A DNA stretch of 64,000 bases from an uncultured Alphaproteobacteria bacterium (GCA_963701405.1 CAVPAB010000002.1:472229-536228); one strand, 5' to 3'; counted from the first letter of the stretch, positions 47,192 through 60,338 are shown. The notes: generated by a model not told the origin, from the letters alone. Made by a program: numbers and translations.

Positions 47192-47985
47192 ATGACCGTG
47201 GCTGAGCGTATCGAGAACGTCGTCAACGTTCACGGGATCGACATCGAGGTGCGCACATACGGAACGGGAGCGCCTCTCCTGCTTCTCCCCGGGGAAGAAC
47301 AGCTCGAAGTGGACAGCCCCTTCGTGGCGGAGCTTTCGCGCAGCCACAAGGTCATCATGCCCTCGCCCCCGGGCTTCGGGAAGTCGGGCCGGCCGGACTG
47401 GATCACCAACCCCGACGATCTCGCCTACGTGATGCTCGACCTCGTCGAGATGCTCGGCCTCAAGAACGTCGCCGCTGGTCGGCTTCTCGCTCGGCGGCTG
47501 GATCGCGGCGGAAATGGCGACCAAGGACGACAGCCGCTTCTCTCGCAGCTGGTGCTGGTCGACCCCTATGGCGTGAAGATCGGCGGGCCCTTCGACGTCG
47601 ACATCCAGGATATCTGGATCCTGCATCCCGTCGAAGGTCGCCGCGATGAAGTGGCATGACCAGGCCAAGGGCAAGCGCGACTTCTCCGTCATGAGCGACG
47701 ACCAGCTCGCGGTCGTCGCGCGCAACGTCGAGACGTTCGCCCGCTTCTGCTGGGAGCCCTATATGCACAATCCCGAAGCTGCGGCACCGCCTCCATCGCG
47801 TGGCGACGTGCCGACGCTCGTGCTCTGGGGCGAGCAGCGACGGCGTCGCCGCGCCGTCCTACGGAAAGGCCTACGCCGGCCTCATCCCCGGGGCGAAGTT
47901 CGAAACCATCGCCGAAGCGGGCCATTACCCGCACATCGAGCAGCCGGAAGCCGTTCATGAAGGCGCTGCGCGCCTTCCTCGCTAA
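47192..47985 (+). CDS. Alpha/beta hydrolase (frameshifted)
   Basis: PGFGKS; VGFSLGGWIAAE on manual re-framing; AGHYPHIEQP; SD GGAGG. Confidence 0.82.
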
Positions 47986-48016
47986 CTCCAACGGACATCA
48001 AGGAAAGAGGCCGACC

Positions 48017-49191
48017 ATGTACGCCTGGCACTTCACCGAAATGCCCTATCCGAACCTGCCGCCGCTCGAGCAGCTCTCGACGATGCGCGTGTCGATCCCC
48101 AGCAAGCTCTACGATCCGCGCATCGGCGCCGATCTCTACAACCGCTATCTCGACGAGCACATGCTCGCCGACGAACTCGGCCTCAACATGCTGCTCAACG
48201 AGCATCACCAGACGGCGACCTGCATCAACGCCTGCGCGCCGCTGACGGCGGCGATCCTCGCCCGCCAGACGAGCAAGGGCCGCATCTGCATCCTCGGCAA
48301 TCCGATCGCCAACCGCGGCGACCCGATCCGCATCGCCGAGGAGATGGCGATGATCGACTGCATCTCGCGCGGCCGCCTCGACGTCGGCTTCGTGCGCGGC
48401 GTGCCCTACGAAGTCTTCGCCGCCAACAGCAACCCGACGCAGACCGTCGAGCGGCTGTGGGAAGGCATCGACCTCGTGTCGAAGGCCTGGACGCACACAC
48501 GACGGCCCCTTCAACTTCGAAGGCCAGTTCACCCACAAGCGCGCCATCAACCTGTGGCCGCGCCCCTACCAGACGCCGCATCCCGCGATCTGGATCACCG
48601 GCTCGAGCGATCTCGAGAACATCAAGCGCGCGGCCTCCCGCGGCTTCGTGTTCGCCACCTTCCTGCAGCCGCACGAGAAGGTGAAGTGGATGTTCGACGG
48701 CTACCGCAGCGCCTACAATCGACACGGGCCTGCCCGGCGGCGGCGGCACGGCCTACATGCCGCTCGTCTACACCGCCGACTCGGACGCGGAAGCGGAAGA
48801 GGGCGCGCAGCGAATTGTGCTGGTACCTCGACGCCAAGTCCGAGCCGCAGTATCGCAACCCGCCCGGCTACGTGCCCGTCGAGTTCAACGTGCAGGCGCT
48901 GCAAGGGCACGTTCACCGGCCGCACCGACGCGATGCGCAAGCAGTCCATCGAGTTACCTCAGGGAGCAGGGCGTGCTGATCTACGGCACGCCGGACGACG
49001 TCGCCAAGCAGATCAAGCGCCTCTACGATCTCGTCGGCGGCTTCGACCACCTGCTGATGATGCAGCAGGCCGGCCACCTCGACCACGAGCGCACGAACCG
49101 CTCCATCACGCTCTTCGCCAAGGAAGTCTATCCGCAGGTGAAGGATCTGCCGCGCACCCGTCCGCTCAACGCGCGGGCCGCCGCCGAATGA
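48017..49191 (+). CDS. Luciferase-like (LLM) flavin-dependent monooxygenase (frameshifted)
   Basis: MYAWHFTEMPY; LNEHHQT; PIRIAEEMAMIDCISRGRL; WPRPYQTPHP; GTPDDV; LFAKEVYP. Confidence 0.9.
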
Positions 49192-50036
49192 GCCAAAGCC
49201 GCTACATCAGCGTCGATGGAATCAGGACGCATTATCTCGAAGCCGGCGAACAGTTTCGCGGCGTGCGTCCCACCATCCTGCTTCTGCACTCCGCCGAGTT
49301 CGGCGGAGCCGCGGAGGTGACGTGGGAGTTCAACATCGGCCCGTTCGCGCAGCGCTATCACGTGCTCGCGCCGGACCATCTCGGCTTCGGCCGCACGGAC
49401 AAGGTCTTCGACTTCGGCAACCAGTTCGACCGCCGCATCCGCCACATCAGGCGCTTCATCGAGACGATCGACGTCAGCGCCGTGCATGTGATGGGCTCGT
49501 CCATGTCCGGCGGCCTCAGCCTCACGGTCGCCGCGCGCAAGCGCCCCGACTGGCCGTTCGCCTCGGTCGTGTGCTGCTCGGGCGGCGGCGACGCGCCCGA
49601 CAACGAGGCGCGCAAGGTGCTCAATTCCTACGACGGCACGAAGGAGCACATGCGGCGCATCGTCGACACCATGTTCGTCGACAAGAAATGGGCCGCAGAC
49701 GACAGCTACATCGAGCGCCGCTGGGAACTCGCGAACCTGCCCGGCGCCTGGGAAGCGACCGCCGCCGCCCGATTCAAGGCGCCGTTCAGGGAGGCGGGCC
49801 GGGATCGTTCGGCCCGCGACAACATTCCCTACGGCGACATCGCCGTTCCCGCGCTGGTCTTCGCCGGCCGGCACGATCCGCTGCGGCTGCCGGGATACAC
49901 GGACGGCTTCGTGCCGTTCATTCCCAACGCCCAGTTGCACGTGTTCGAGAACGCCGGGCACATGGGCAACATCGAGTGCGCGGCGGAATTCAACGACCGC
50001 ACGCTGAAATTTCTCGCCGGGGTGGACGGGGGCTGA
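49188..50036 (+). CDS. Alpha/beta hydrolase (C-C or ester hydrolase fold)
   Basis: ATGA overlap; PDHLGFGRTDK; GSSMSGG nucleophile elbow; GRHD; AGHMGN. Confidence 0.85.
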   Translation: MSQSRYISVDGIRTHYLEAGEQFRGVRPTILLLHSAEFGGAAEVTWEFNIGPFAQRYHVLAPDHLGFGRTDKVFDFGNQFDRRIRHIRRFIETIDVSAVHVMGSSMSGGLSLTVAARKRPDWPFASVVCCSGGGDAPDNEARKVLNSYDGTKEHMRRIVDTMFVDKKWAADDSYIERRWELANLPGAWEATAAARFKAPFREAGRDRSARDNIPYGDIAVPALVFAGRHDPLRLPGYTDGFVPFIPNAQLHVFENAGHMGNIECAAEFNDRTLKFLAGVDGG

Positions 50037-50072
50037 CGCGCTCCGGCGCCGGCGAGCGGAGATGACCACACC

Positions 50073-51020
50073 GTGACGACGACCACCGCCGACATGCGGC
50101 TGACCGCGATCCGCTACGCCGCGCATGACACGAACCTCTACGAGTTCCGCCGTCCCGACGGCGCGGCGCTGGCGCCTGTCGAACCCGGCGCGCACATCGA
50201 CCTCCACCTGCCCAATGGCATGATGCGGCAATATTCGCTCGTCACCGCCGAAGGCGACCCCGCCGCCTATGTCGTCGGCATCAAGCGCGATCGCGCCAGC
50301 CGCGGCGGCTCGATCTTCATCCACGATCATCTGCGCGTCGGGCAGGTGATCGCCATCGGCGGCCCGCGCAATCATTTTCCGCTGAAGGAAGACGCCGCCC
50401 ACACCGTGCTCGTCGCCGGCGGCATCGGCATCACGCCGATCTGGTGCATGGCGCAGCGGCTGAAGAAACTCGGCCGCTCGTTCGAACTGCACTACGCCTG
50501 CCGCGACCGCGCCGAGGTCGCCTTCCACGACGAGCTGAAGGCGATGCCGGAAGCGAAAATCCACATCGACGCGGAAGCCGGCGGCAAGTTCATGGACGTC
50601 GCCGCCATCATCGCGGGCGCGCGCAAGGACGCGCACTTCTATTGCTGCGGCCCGATCCCGATGCTGGAAGGCTTCGAGAAGGCGACGAAGGACCTGCCGC
50701 CCGATCAGGTGCACGTCGAATATTTCTCCTCCAAGGAAGAAGCTGCGACGGACGGCGGCTACGTGGTGGAATTGCGCAAGTCGGGCAAGGAATATTCCAT
50801 CCCCGAAGGCAAGACGATCCTCGAAGTGCTGGTCGAGGACGGCGTCGACATCATGTACTCGTGCCAGGAAGGCGTCTGCGGCGCGTGCGAGACGGCGGTG
50901 ATCTCCGGCACGCCCGACCATCGCGACGGCATCCTCACGGACGCCGAGCGCGTCGCCAGCAAGACGATGATGATCTGCTGCTCGGGCTCGAAGAGCCCGC
51001 GGCTCGTGCTGGATTTGTAG
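50073..51020 (+). CDS. PDR/VanB family FMN-[2Fe-2S] reductase
   Basis: RQYSL; SRGGS; AGGIGITP; CGP; CQEGVCGAC...C. Confidence 0.93.
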   Translation: MTTTTADMRLTAIRYAAHDTNLYEFRRPDGAALAPVEPGAHIDLHLPNGMMRQYSLVTAEGDPAAYVVGIKRDRASRGGSIFIHDHLRVGQVIAIGGPRNHFPLKEDAAHTVLVAGGIGITPIWCMAQRLKKLGRSFELHYACRDRAEVAFHDELKAMPEAKIHIDAEAGGKFMDVAAIIAGARKDAHFYCCGPIPMLEGFEKATKDLPPDQVHVEYFSSKEEAATDGGYVVELRKSGKEYSIPEGKTILEVLVEDGVDIMYSCQEGVCGACETAVISGTPDHRDGILTDAERVASKTMMICCSGSKSPRLVLDL

Positions 51021-51167
51021 CGGCGCTGACCCGTGCGCCTCGTCTTCGGCGCGAAGGGGCCGTGGATGGCGGCCTGCGCGACCTGACGACGGAGCATCGA
51101 GCGCCTGCACGTCAACGTCATGGTCCGCCGAAGCGCGGACCATCGACGGCTCCCGGAATCGCTTCGC

Positions 51168-52346
51168 CTAGCCACCCCAGTCCTTGTCGCGCAACACTTC
51201 GTCCGTGTGCTGCCCCAGCCCCGGCGCGGGGCGCGGGGAGGCGAGGGGCGCGCCGTCCATCACGATGGGGGCGCGCAGGCCGGGCGTCGTTCCCTTTGCG
51301 GCGAGCGGATTGTCGATGTCGATGCGCATGCCGCGATGGACGATCTGCGGATCGGCGAACACCTCGCCCACATTGTTGATCGGCCCCGCGGGCACGCCCG
51401 CCGCATCGAGCTGCGGCAGAAGCGCGCCGCGCGTGAAGCGGCGGAAGATCGGATAGAAGGTCTCGTTGAACGCCACGCGGTTCACCACGCGATCCTTGCT
51501 CGTGGCGAACCGCGCATCGCGCGCGAGTTCGGAAACGCCCAGCACGTCGCACAGCTTGCGATATTGCCCGTCGTTGCCCGTGGCGATGATCACGTCGCCG
51601 TCGGCTGCGGGGAACACGTCGTAGGGCACGATGTTGGGATGCGCGTTGCCGAGGCGGTGAGGCTCCTTGCCGCTGACGAAGTAATTGATCGCCTGATAGC
51701 CGAGCACGGCGACCTGCGCGTCGAGCAGCGCGCAATCGATGTAGGCGCCCTCGTCGGTGTCGCGCCGGCGAAGCAGCGCGGCCTGGATGGCGTTGGCCGC
51801 ATAAAGGCCGGTGAAGATGTCGGCGATGGCGATGCCCGATTTCGACGGCGGCCCGTCGGGCGTTCCGGTGAGATGCATCGCGCCGCCCATGCCCTGCACG
51901 AGAAAGTCATAGCCCGCGCGCGACGCGTACGGCCCGTCCTGTCCGAACCCGGTGATGGAGCAATAGATCACGCGCGGGTTGATGGCCTTGATCGCCTCGT
52001 AGTCGAGCCCGTACTTCTTCAGCCCGCCGACCTTGAAGTTCTCGATGATGACGTCCGCGTGACGCGCGAGTTTCAGCACGCGCGCGCGGCCGTCCTGCGT
52101 CTCGAAATCGGCTGTGACGCAGCGCTTGCCGCGATTGCACGCGTGGAAATACGCCGCGCCGAGGGTCGCGCCGTCCTTGCCCTCCACGAACGGAGGCCCC
52201 CAATGGCGCGTGTCGTCGCCCGCGCCCTCGCGCTCCACCTTCACGACGTCGGCGCCAAGATCGGCGAGCAATTGCCCGCACCACGGCCCCGCGAGAATGC
52301 GCGCGAGTTCGAGAACGCGGACGCCGGCGAGGGGAGCAGGCGCCAT
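51168..52346 (-). CDS. CaiB/BaiF family III CoA-transferase
   Basis: ILAGPW; LADLGADVVKVE; NRGKR; ITGFGQDGPY; PGLGQHT. Confidence 0.93.
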   Translation of the reverse strand: MAPAPLAGVRVLELARILAGPWCGQLLADLGADVVKVEREGAGDDTRHWGPPFVEGKDGATLGAAYFHACNRGKRCVTADFETQDGRARVLKLARHADVIIENFKVGGLKKYGLDYEAIKAINPRVIYCSITGFGQDGPYASRAGYDFLVQGMGGAMHLTGTPDGPPSKSGIAIADIFTGLYAANAIQAALLRRRDTDEGAYIDCALLDAQVAVLGYQAINYFVSGKEPHRLGNAHPNIVPYDVFPAADGDVIIATGNDGQYRKLCDVLGVSELARDARFATSKDRVVNRVAFNETFYPIFRRFTRGALLPQLDAAGVPAGPINNVGEVFADPQIVHRGMRIDIDNPLAAKGTTPGLRAPIVMDGAPLASPRPAPGLGQHTDEVLRDKDWGG

Positions 52347-53560
52347 CAGAAAAACGCCTGCAGGCCCGTCTGCGCCCGGCCCAGAATGAGCGCGTGCACG
52401 TCGTGCGTGCCTTCATAGGTGTTCACGGTTTCGAGGTTCTGCGCGTGGCGCATCACGTGGTACTCGCCGTGGATGCCGTTGCCGCCGTGCATGTCGCGAG
52501 CCATGCGCGCGATGTCGAGCGCCTTGCCGCAATTGTTGCGCTTGATGATCGAGATCATCTCCGGCGCCGCGCGGCCCTCGTCCATGAGGCGACCGACGCG
52601 CAGCGCCGCCTGCAGGCCGAGCGCGATCTCGGTCTGCATGTCGGCGAGCTTCTTCTGCACCAGTTGCGTGGCGGCGAGCGGGCGGCCGAACTGCTTGCGG
52701 TCGAGCGTGTACTGGCGTGCGCGCAGCCAGCAATCTTCCGCAGCGCCCATCGTGCCCCAGCCGATGCCGTAGCGCGCCTTGTTGAGGCAGCCGAACGGGC
52801 CCTTGAGGCCCGCGACGTTCGGCAGCAGGTGCTCTTCGCCCACCACCACGCCGTCCATCACGATCTCGCCGGTGATCGAGGCGCGCAGCGACAGCTTGCC
52901 CTCGATCTTCGGCGCCGACAGGCCCGCCATGCCCTTCTCCAGGATGAAGCCGCGAATGGCGCCCTCGTGCGCGTCCGACTTCGCCCACACGATGAACACG
53001 TCGGCGATCGGCGAGTTGGAGATCCACATCTTCGAGCCGGTGAGGCGATAGCCGCCCGCGACCTTCTCCGCCCGCGTCTTCATGCCGGCGGGGTCGGAGC
53101 CCGCGTCCGGCTCGGTCAGACCGAAACAGCCGATCAGCTCGCCGCTGACGAGCTCGGGCAGGTATTTCGTCTTCTGCTCTTCCGAGCCGTAGGCGTTGAT
53201 CGGGTGGATCACGAGCGAGGATTGCACGCTCATCATCGAGCGATAGCCTGAATCGACCCGCTCCACCTCGCGGGCGACGAGGCCATAGGCGACGTAGGAC
53301 GCGCCGGCCGCGCCGTATTTCGCGGGCAGCGTCACGCCCAGAAGGCCCAGCCGGCCCATCTCGCGGAAGATCGCGGGATCGGTGCGCTCGTGCGCATAGG
53401 CGTCGATGACGCGGGGCAGGAGCTGCTCCTGCGCGTAGGCGCGCGCCGTGTCGGCGATCATGCGCTCGTCTTCGGTGAGCTGGTCGTCCAGCAGGAAAGG
53501 ATCGGCCCAGGCGAATTCCGTCCGCCCGCCGTCCCGCTTCGTCCCGTTCGCCTGATCCAT
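52346..53560 (-). CDS. gcdH: Glutaryl-CoA dehydrogenase
   Basis: [12 protein letters not shown]; [14 protein letters not shown]; [10 protein letters not shown]; [20 protein letters not shown]. Confidence 0.92.
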   Translation of the reverse strand: MDQANGTKRDGGRTEFAWADPFLLDDQLTEDERMIADTARAYAQEQLLPRVIDAYAHERTDPAIFREMGRLGLLGVTLPAKYGAAGASYVAYGLVAREVERVDSGYRSMMSVQSSLVIHPINAYGSEEQKTKYLPELVSGELIGCFGLTEPDAGSDPAGMKTRAEKVAGGYRLTGSKMWISNSPIADVFIVWAKSDAHEGAIRGFILEKGMAGLSAPKIEGKLSLRASITGEIVMDGVVVGEEHLLPNVAGLKGPFGCLNKARYGIGWGTMGAAEDCWLRARQYTLDRKQFGRPLAATQLVQKKLADMQTEIALGLQAALRVGRLMDEGRAAPEMISIIKRNNCGKALDIARMARDMHGGNGIHGEYHVMRHAQNLETVNTYEGTHDVHALILGRAQTGLQAFF

Positions 53561-53611
53561 GTCTTTGGCTTTCCCCGGCCGTTCGGCCCCGTCCACCCGG
53601 GATTATGGCGC

Positions 53612-53653
53612 GGCAAGTCCGCTGGCAAGTGTGCTGGCGAGTCCGCTGGCGGT
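53612..53653. repeat. Tandem 12-bp repeat (about 3.5 copies)
   Basis: GGCAAGTCCGCT GGCAAGTGTGCT GGCGAGTCCGCT GGCGGT. Confidence 0.75.
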
Positions 53654-53694
53654 TCAAGACGGCGGGGGACATCCTTCGCGCGCCGCAACGAACG

Positions 53695-53724
53695 CTTGAA
53701 CAGGGGCCCGGCCTTGGCCATCTT
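53695..53724 (+). promoter_or_regulatory. RpoH (sigma32)-like promoter of hrcA
   Basis: CTTGAA-N17-CCATCT, 7 nt before the ATG. Confidence 0.6.
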
Positions 53725-53730
53725 AGGACC

Positions 53731-54821
53731 ATGGCTGTGCAAAGCGGCAAGTTCATCCGCCCCGACCCTTCGGCGCTCGCTGCGATGAGCGAGAGGTCGC
53801 GCGAGATTTTCCGTCTCGTCGTCGAGAGCTATCTGGCGACCGGCGAGCCTGTGGGCTCGCGCAACCTGTCGCGCCTCCTGCCGATGACCCTGTCCGCCGC
53901 CTCGGTCCGAAACGTCATGCAGGACCTCGAGGAATCCGGCCTCATCTTCGCCCCGCACACCAGCGCCGGCCGGCTGCCGACCGAGCTTGGCCTTCGCTTC
54001 TTCGTCGACGCGATCCTCGAGATCGGCGACATCGGCGCGGAAGAGCGCGAGCGCATCGAGGCGCAGGTCAAGGCGGCCTCCTCCGGCCAGACCATGGAGA
54101 GCCTGCTCACCGAGGCGTCCTCGCTGCTCTCCGGCCTGTCGCGCGGGGCGGGCGTCGTCCTGTCCTCCAAGGACAACGTCGGCCTCAAGCAAATCGAGTT
54201 CGTGCGGCTGGAGCCCGAGAAGGCGCTGGCCGTGCTGGTGGCCGAGGACGGCTCCGTCGAGAACCGCATCCTCAACGTGCCGCCGCGACCTGCCGCCCTC
54301 CGCGCTGGTCGAGGCCGCCAATTACCTCAACGCCCGCATCCGCGGCCGCACGCTGGCCGAGCTGCGCGTGGATATCGAGGCCTCGCGCTCGATGGCCGAG
54401 CGGGAGCTCGACGTCCTGACCGCGCGCCTCGTGGACGCGGGGCTTGCAAGCTGGACGGGCGCGGAAGGCTCGGCCCAGCAGCTCATCGTGCGCGGCCAGG
54501 CGAACCTGCTCGAAGACCTGCGCGCGGTGGAGGATCTGGAGCGCATCCGCCTGCTGTTCGACGATCTCGAGACCAAGAAGGACGTGATCGACCTTCTCGC
54601 CCGCGCCGAGACGGGCGAGGGCGTGCGCATCTTCATCGGCTCGGAGAACAAGCTGTTCTCGCTGTCGGGCTCGTCGATGATCGCCGCCCCGTTCCGGGAC
54701 GCCAGCCAGAAGATCGTCGGCGTGCGTCGGCGTCATCGGCCCGACGCGGCTCAATTACGCCCGCATCGTCCCGATGGTCGACTACACGGCCAAGGTCGTT
54801 TCGCGCCTCGTGAGGGGCTGA
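53731..54821 (+). CDS. hrcA: Heat-inducible transcription repressor HrcA (two frameshifts)
   Basis: [11 protein letters not shown]; SAASVRNVM; [10 protein letters not shown]; IFIGSEN; IGPTRLNY. Confidence 0.95.
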
Positions 54822-54839
54822 GACGCCCCGTTCACGCAA

Positions 54840-56759
54840 TCAGGCGGGCGTCGGTTGTCGTCGCGCCATTCGGGACATCGCCGTAGCCACGCCCACGAGA
54901 AGCACGCCAACCACCGTGCTCATGATGAACGGCGTCAGCATCAGCAGCCCGCCCACGCCGAGGATGACACGCGTGAGGGTGTTGTGCGCCCATGTCGAGT
55001 ATTGCTCGATCGCCGCGGAGACGAAGATCAACCCGATCGCCGCGGTGGTGAACGTGAGCGCCGTCTTCCACACTGGCCCCTCCCACAGCAGTTCGGGACC
55101 GAACACGAACACGAACGGGACGAGGAACGCCGCCAGCGCCAGTTTCACCGCATGGGCTGCGATGAGGATCGGATTGTCGCCGGAAATGGACGCGGCCGCG
55201 AACGCGGCCACCGCAACGGGCGGCGTAATGGCCGACAGCACCGCAAAATAGAGGATGAACATGTGGCCCGAGAGATCGCTGATGCCCACCTGCTTCATCA
55301 GCGGGCTCATCAGCACGGCTGCCAGAATGTAGGCCGAGGGGGTCGGCATGCCCATCCCGAGGATGATGGTGAGGCCTGCGGCGACAATGAACGTGAAGAT
55401 CTGATCGGCGGCCGTCAGCGCATAGACGAGGTGGGCAAACTTCGAAGCCAGCCCGGTCATCGTGATGCCGCCGATGACGAGACCGGCGGCGGCGGTCGCG
55501 CCTGCGACCGCGACGGTGCGCACCGTCGTCTCGGCGAGCGCGTTGTAGATGCCGACCGGGCCGATGCGCGTATGCTGGCGCAGCATCGCCACGGCGAGCA
55601 CCGAAAGGGAGCCATAGACGGCGACCATCGTCGGCGTGTACCCGGCGAACAGGGCCCAGGTCAGCACCACGAGCGGCACGAGGAACATGCCGCCGTTCTT
55701 CATCGTTGCGCCGACCTTCGGCAGGCTCTCGCGGGGCAGGCCGCCGATCCCGAGGCGGATGGCGCGGAAGTGAACCTGTGAATATACGCAAACGTAATAG
55801 AGGAGCGCCGGCAGCAGCGCCGCGATGGCGATGTCCCGATATTCGATGCCCGTGTACTCCGCCATCAGGAACGCCGCCGATCCCATGACCGGCGGCATGA
55901 TGCTGCCGCCCGTCGACGCCGCCACTTCGATGCCGGCCGCCACCGGTCCTCGAAATCCAGCTTTCTTCATCATGGGGATCGTCACTGATCCCGTTGTGAC
56001 GACGTCGGCGGTGGGGCTTCCGGAAATCATCCCGTAAAGCGCCGAGGAAGCGACCGCGACCTTCGCCGAGCCGCCGTGGCGATGGCCGGTGAAGGCGGTC
56101 GCGATGTCATTGAAGAAGTCGCCGCCGCGCGAGTGATAGAGCAGCGTTCCGAACAGGACGAACATGAAGGCGTACGTGGCGGCGACACGCGCCGGCAGGC
56201 CCATCACGCCATCGGTCGTATAGATCATGATGTCGATGAAGTGGTCGAGGCCGATGTACCCGTGACCCAGCACGCCGGGGATGAGGTGGCCCCAGAGATT
56301 GTACGCGACGAAGACCAGGACGACGGCGAGGAGCCCCATGCCCGTCGCCCGGCGCGTGATTTCGAGCGTGAGGAACACCATCAGCAAGCCGAACCAGTAC
56401 TGGGCGTCTGTCAGTTCCGTGAGCAGCGCGATGCGTTCGCTGAGCTCGCTCGATTGGAAAAAGAAGAAGACTCCGCTGGCGAGGCTTGCTCCGGACAGGA
56501 TGAAGTCGGGAATGGTCGGCCGCGTCGGATTGGATGTCGCGTTGGCCCCGATCACGAGGAACGCGATGGTCATCGTTCCGCACAGGAACAGCGCGGTCAG
56601 CACCCAGGGGTCGATGAAGAGGTATGTGGCGGCGACCACCACGTAGACGGCGACGACGAAGGAGAAGAACTTGATTGCGTGATCAAGCCAGCCTGTCAGC
56701 TTTCTCGGTGCGCCGACCGAGAACCAGAAGCCCAGCTTGAAGATATTTGGCGTCGCCAT
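54840..56759 (-). CDS. TRAP transporter fused 4TM/12TM permease
   Basis: GSAKVAV; [13 protein letters not shown]; [13 protein letters not shown]; LGMGMPT; ITPPVA. Confidence 0.92.
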   Translation of the reverse strand: MATPNIFKLGFWFSVGAPRKLTGWLDHAIKFFSFVVAVYVVVAATYLFIDPWVLTALFLCGTMTIAFLVIGANATSNPTRPTIPDFILSGASLASGVFFFFQSSELSERIALLTELTDAQYWFGLLMVFLTLEITRRATGMGLLAVVLVFVAYNLWGHLIPGVLGHGYIGLDHFIDIMIYTTDGVMGLPARVAATYAFMFVLFGTLLYHSRGGDFFNDIATAFTGHRHGGSAKVAVASSALYGMISGSPTADVVTTGSVTIPMMKKAGFRGPVAAGIEVAASTGGSIMPPVMGSAAFLMAEYTGIEYRDIAIAALLPALLYYVCVYSQVHFRAIRLGIGGLPRESLPKVGATMKNGGMFLVPLVVLTWALFAGYTPTMVAVYGSLSVLAVAMLRQHTRIGPVGIYNALAETTVRTVAVAGATAAAGLVIGGITMTGLASKFAHLVYALTAADQIFTFIVAAGLTIILGMGMPTPSAYILAAVLMSPLMKQVGISDLSGHMFILYFAVLSAITPPVAVAAFAAASISGDNPILIAAHAVKLALAAFLVPFVFVFGPELLWEGPVWKTALTFTTAAIGLIFVSAAIEQYSTWAHNTLTRVILGVGGLLMLTPFIMSTVVGVLLVGVATAMSRMARRQPTPA

Positions 56760-56830
56760 CGATGTTGCTTTCCAAACTGAACACGGCGGCACGATGCCGC
56801 CGTGTTCGTTATTCCCGGTTCAGGGTCGCC

Positions 56831-57826
56831 CTACTTGATGACGCCGGCTTCACGCAGATACTTCTCCGCGCCGGGATGGAAGGGCGCCGCGCCCTTCTGG
56901 GCAAACAATTCCTTCGTGGTCGCCGCAGCGAGGAGGCGATGCGACGCCTTGTACTTCTCGATTTGCTCAAACATCGCCTTGGTGACGTTGTAGGCTGTCT
57001 TCTCGTCCATGTTCGCATTCACGAGCACGGGCATGCCCACGCACACCGACGCCGAATCCGTCGCGAGGAAATCGTATTCCTTGCCTTTCACCTCGCAGAA
57101 CGCCGCGCCGGTCGCCGCCGCCGCCTTCTTCGCGGTGGCTTCGGTCATCGGCAGCATGACGAGGTCCACGCCGCTGGCGACTTCCAGCACGCGGGGATGG
57201 CGGTATGAAATGCCGAAGCTGATGACGTCGATGCGGCGGTCGAGGAACAGGGACGTCTGTTCGCCGGACGCGGCCCGGATCACCTGTCCGCCCCACTTGC
57301 GGATGTCGTCGAGCGAAACGCCGATGGCCGAAAGGGTCGCAATCGACACGTCGCCGTCCATGTTGCCGGGTCGATTGACGGCGATGCGCATGGGCGGTTT
57401 CTTGGCGGCGATGTCCTCGAAGGTCTTGATGCCGTGCTGCTCGGCCCAGGCCTTGGTGACCAGCGTGTGGGTCATCTGGAACCGGCTCTGCGGCGTGTAG
57501 GCGTTGAACAGCATCCGGAGCTCCTTGATGGGAGCCTTGAACGGCGGCTTGCCTTCCAGCGCGACGATGAGTTCGGTGTCGGAGACGAAGCCCAGCGGCA
57601 CCTTGCCCTGCTGCAGCAGGAGCGCGTTGGCGAGCCCGCCGCTGGAGGTCTGGTAGGTGACGGTGGAGCCCGGATAGGCGGCGGCGAGCGCGGCGTCCAT
57701 GCCCGCACCGGCAGTGGAGACAAGCCCGCCCGGGCTGTAGCCCGCAATGGTCAGGTTGTAGGGCTGGGCGTGAGCGGAAGCCGCCAGGCATCCCGAAATG
57801 GCTGCGGCGAGCAAGAGTTTGCGCAT
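56831..57826 (-). CDS. TAXI family TRAP solute-binding protein
   Basis: Signal peptide; SPGG; AYNVTKAM; [12 protein letters not shown]; adjacent to the fused permease. Confidence 0.9.
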   Translation of the reverse strand: MRKLLLAAAISGCLAASAHAQPYNLTIAGYSPGGLVSTAGAGMDAALAAAYPGSTVTYQTSSGGLANALLLQQGKVPLGFVSDTELIVALEGKPPFKAPIKELRMLFNAYTPQSRFQMTHTLVTKAWAEQHGIKTFEDIAAKKPPMRIAVNRPGNMDGDVSIATLSAIGVSLDDIRKWGGQVIRAASGEQTSLFLDRRIDVISFGISYRHPRVLEVASGVDLVMLPMTEATAKKAAAATGAAFCEVKGKEYDFLATDSASVCVGMPVLVNANMDEKTAYNVTKAMFEQIEKYKASHRLLAAATTKELFAQKGAAPFHPGAEKYLREAGVIK

Positions 57827-57986
57827 TTTTGTCCCTCCTCCGGGGCTTTTGCCGGCTTCGGCCGGTCCGTTCAGGACCCCACCCTCTGGCTTGGAACGTA
57901 TTCGGAAAAGCGAGGAGGGGTCAATGAGAGCGACAGGGGCCCACCCGCCCCTTTCCCCCGGGGGCCAGCGCTGCTATCTCCCGCCC

Positions 57987-59807
<1,821 letters not shown>

Positions 59808-59847
59808 AGCCGCAGGGCTACAAGATCACCTCGCAGGAGAGACGCCC

Positions 59848-60253
59848 ATGATCATCCACCGCTCCGGCCGCGCGACGCTTCGCGCCTCGTCCGACTACTT
59901 CACCGGCACGGTCTGGCAGGACCCGCTCATCGAGGCGCCGGCGCCGGCGAACCTGCGCGCGCTGCGCGTGTCGTTCGAGCCCGGCGCGCGCACCGCGTGG
60001 CACACCCATCCGCTCGGGCCAGACGATCTACGTCACCGACGGCGTCGGCCTCGTGCAGCGCGAGGGCGGGCCGGTGCAGGTGGTGCGCCCCGGCGACGTC
60101 GTGTTCTTCGAGCCGAACGAGCGCCATTGGCACGGCGCGTCGCCCAAGGTCGGCATGGTCCACATCGCCATGCAGGAGGCCAAGGACGGCAAGCACGTCG
60201 ACTGGGCCGAGCACGTCACCGACGCGCAATATCTGAGCCCGCCCGAAGGCTGA
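59848..60253 (+). CDS. Cupin domain protein (one frameshift)
   Basis: [15 protein letters not shown]; [15 protein letters not shown]; HIAMQE. Confidence 0.9.
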
Positions 60254-60338
60254 TCTCAAAGCGCTTGGCGCGCGCGCCCGCTCCAAGCTACACATGAGCC
60301 TGGACGCGCCCGGCAAAGGGCGCGCGGGGAGGGGATCA

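Noticed and set aside
45884-51020. Bioluminescence (lux) operon
   Set aside because: Single LLM subunit with no luxC/D/E; the resemblance is architectural only.
53561-53730. CIRCE element or mini-CRISPR near hrcA
   Set aside because: No TTAGCACTC-N9-GAGTGCTAA; the 12-mers are contiguous without spacers and no cas genes are present.
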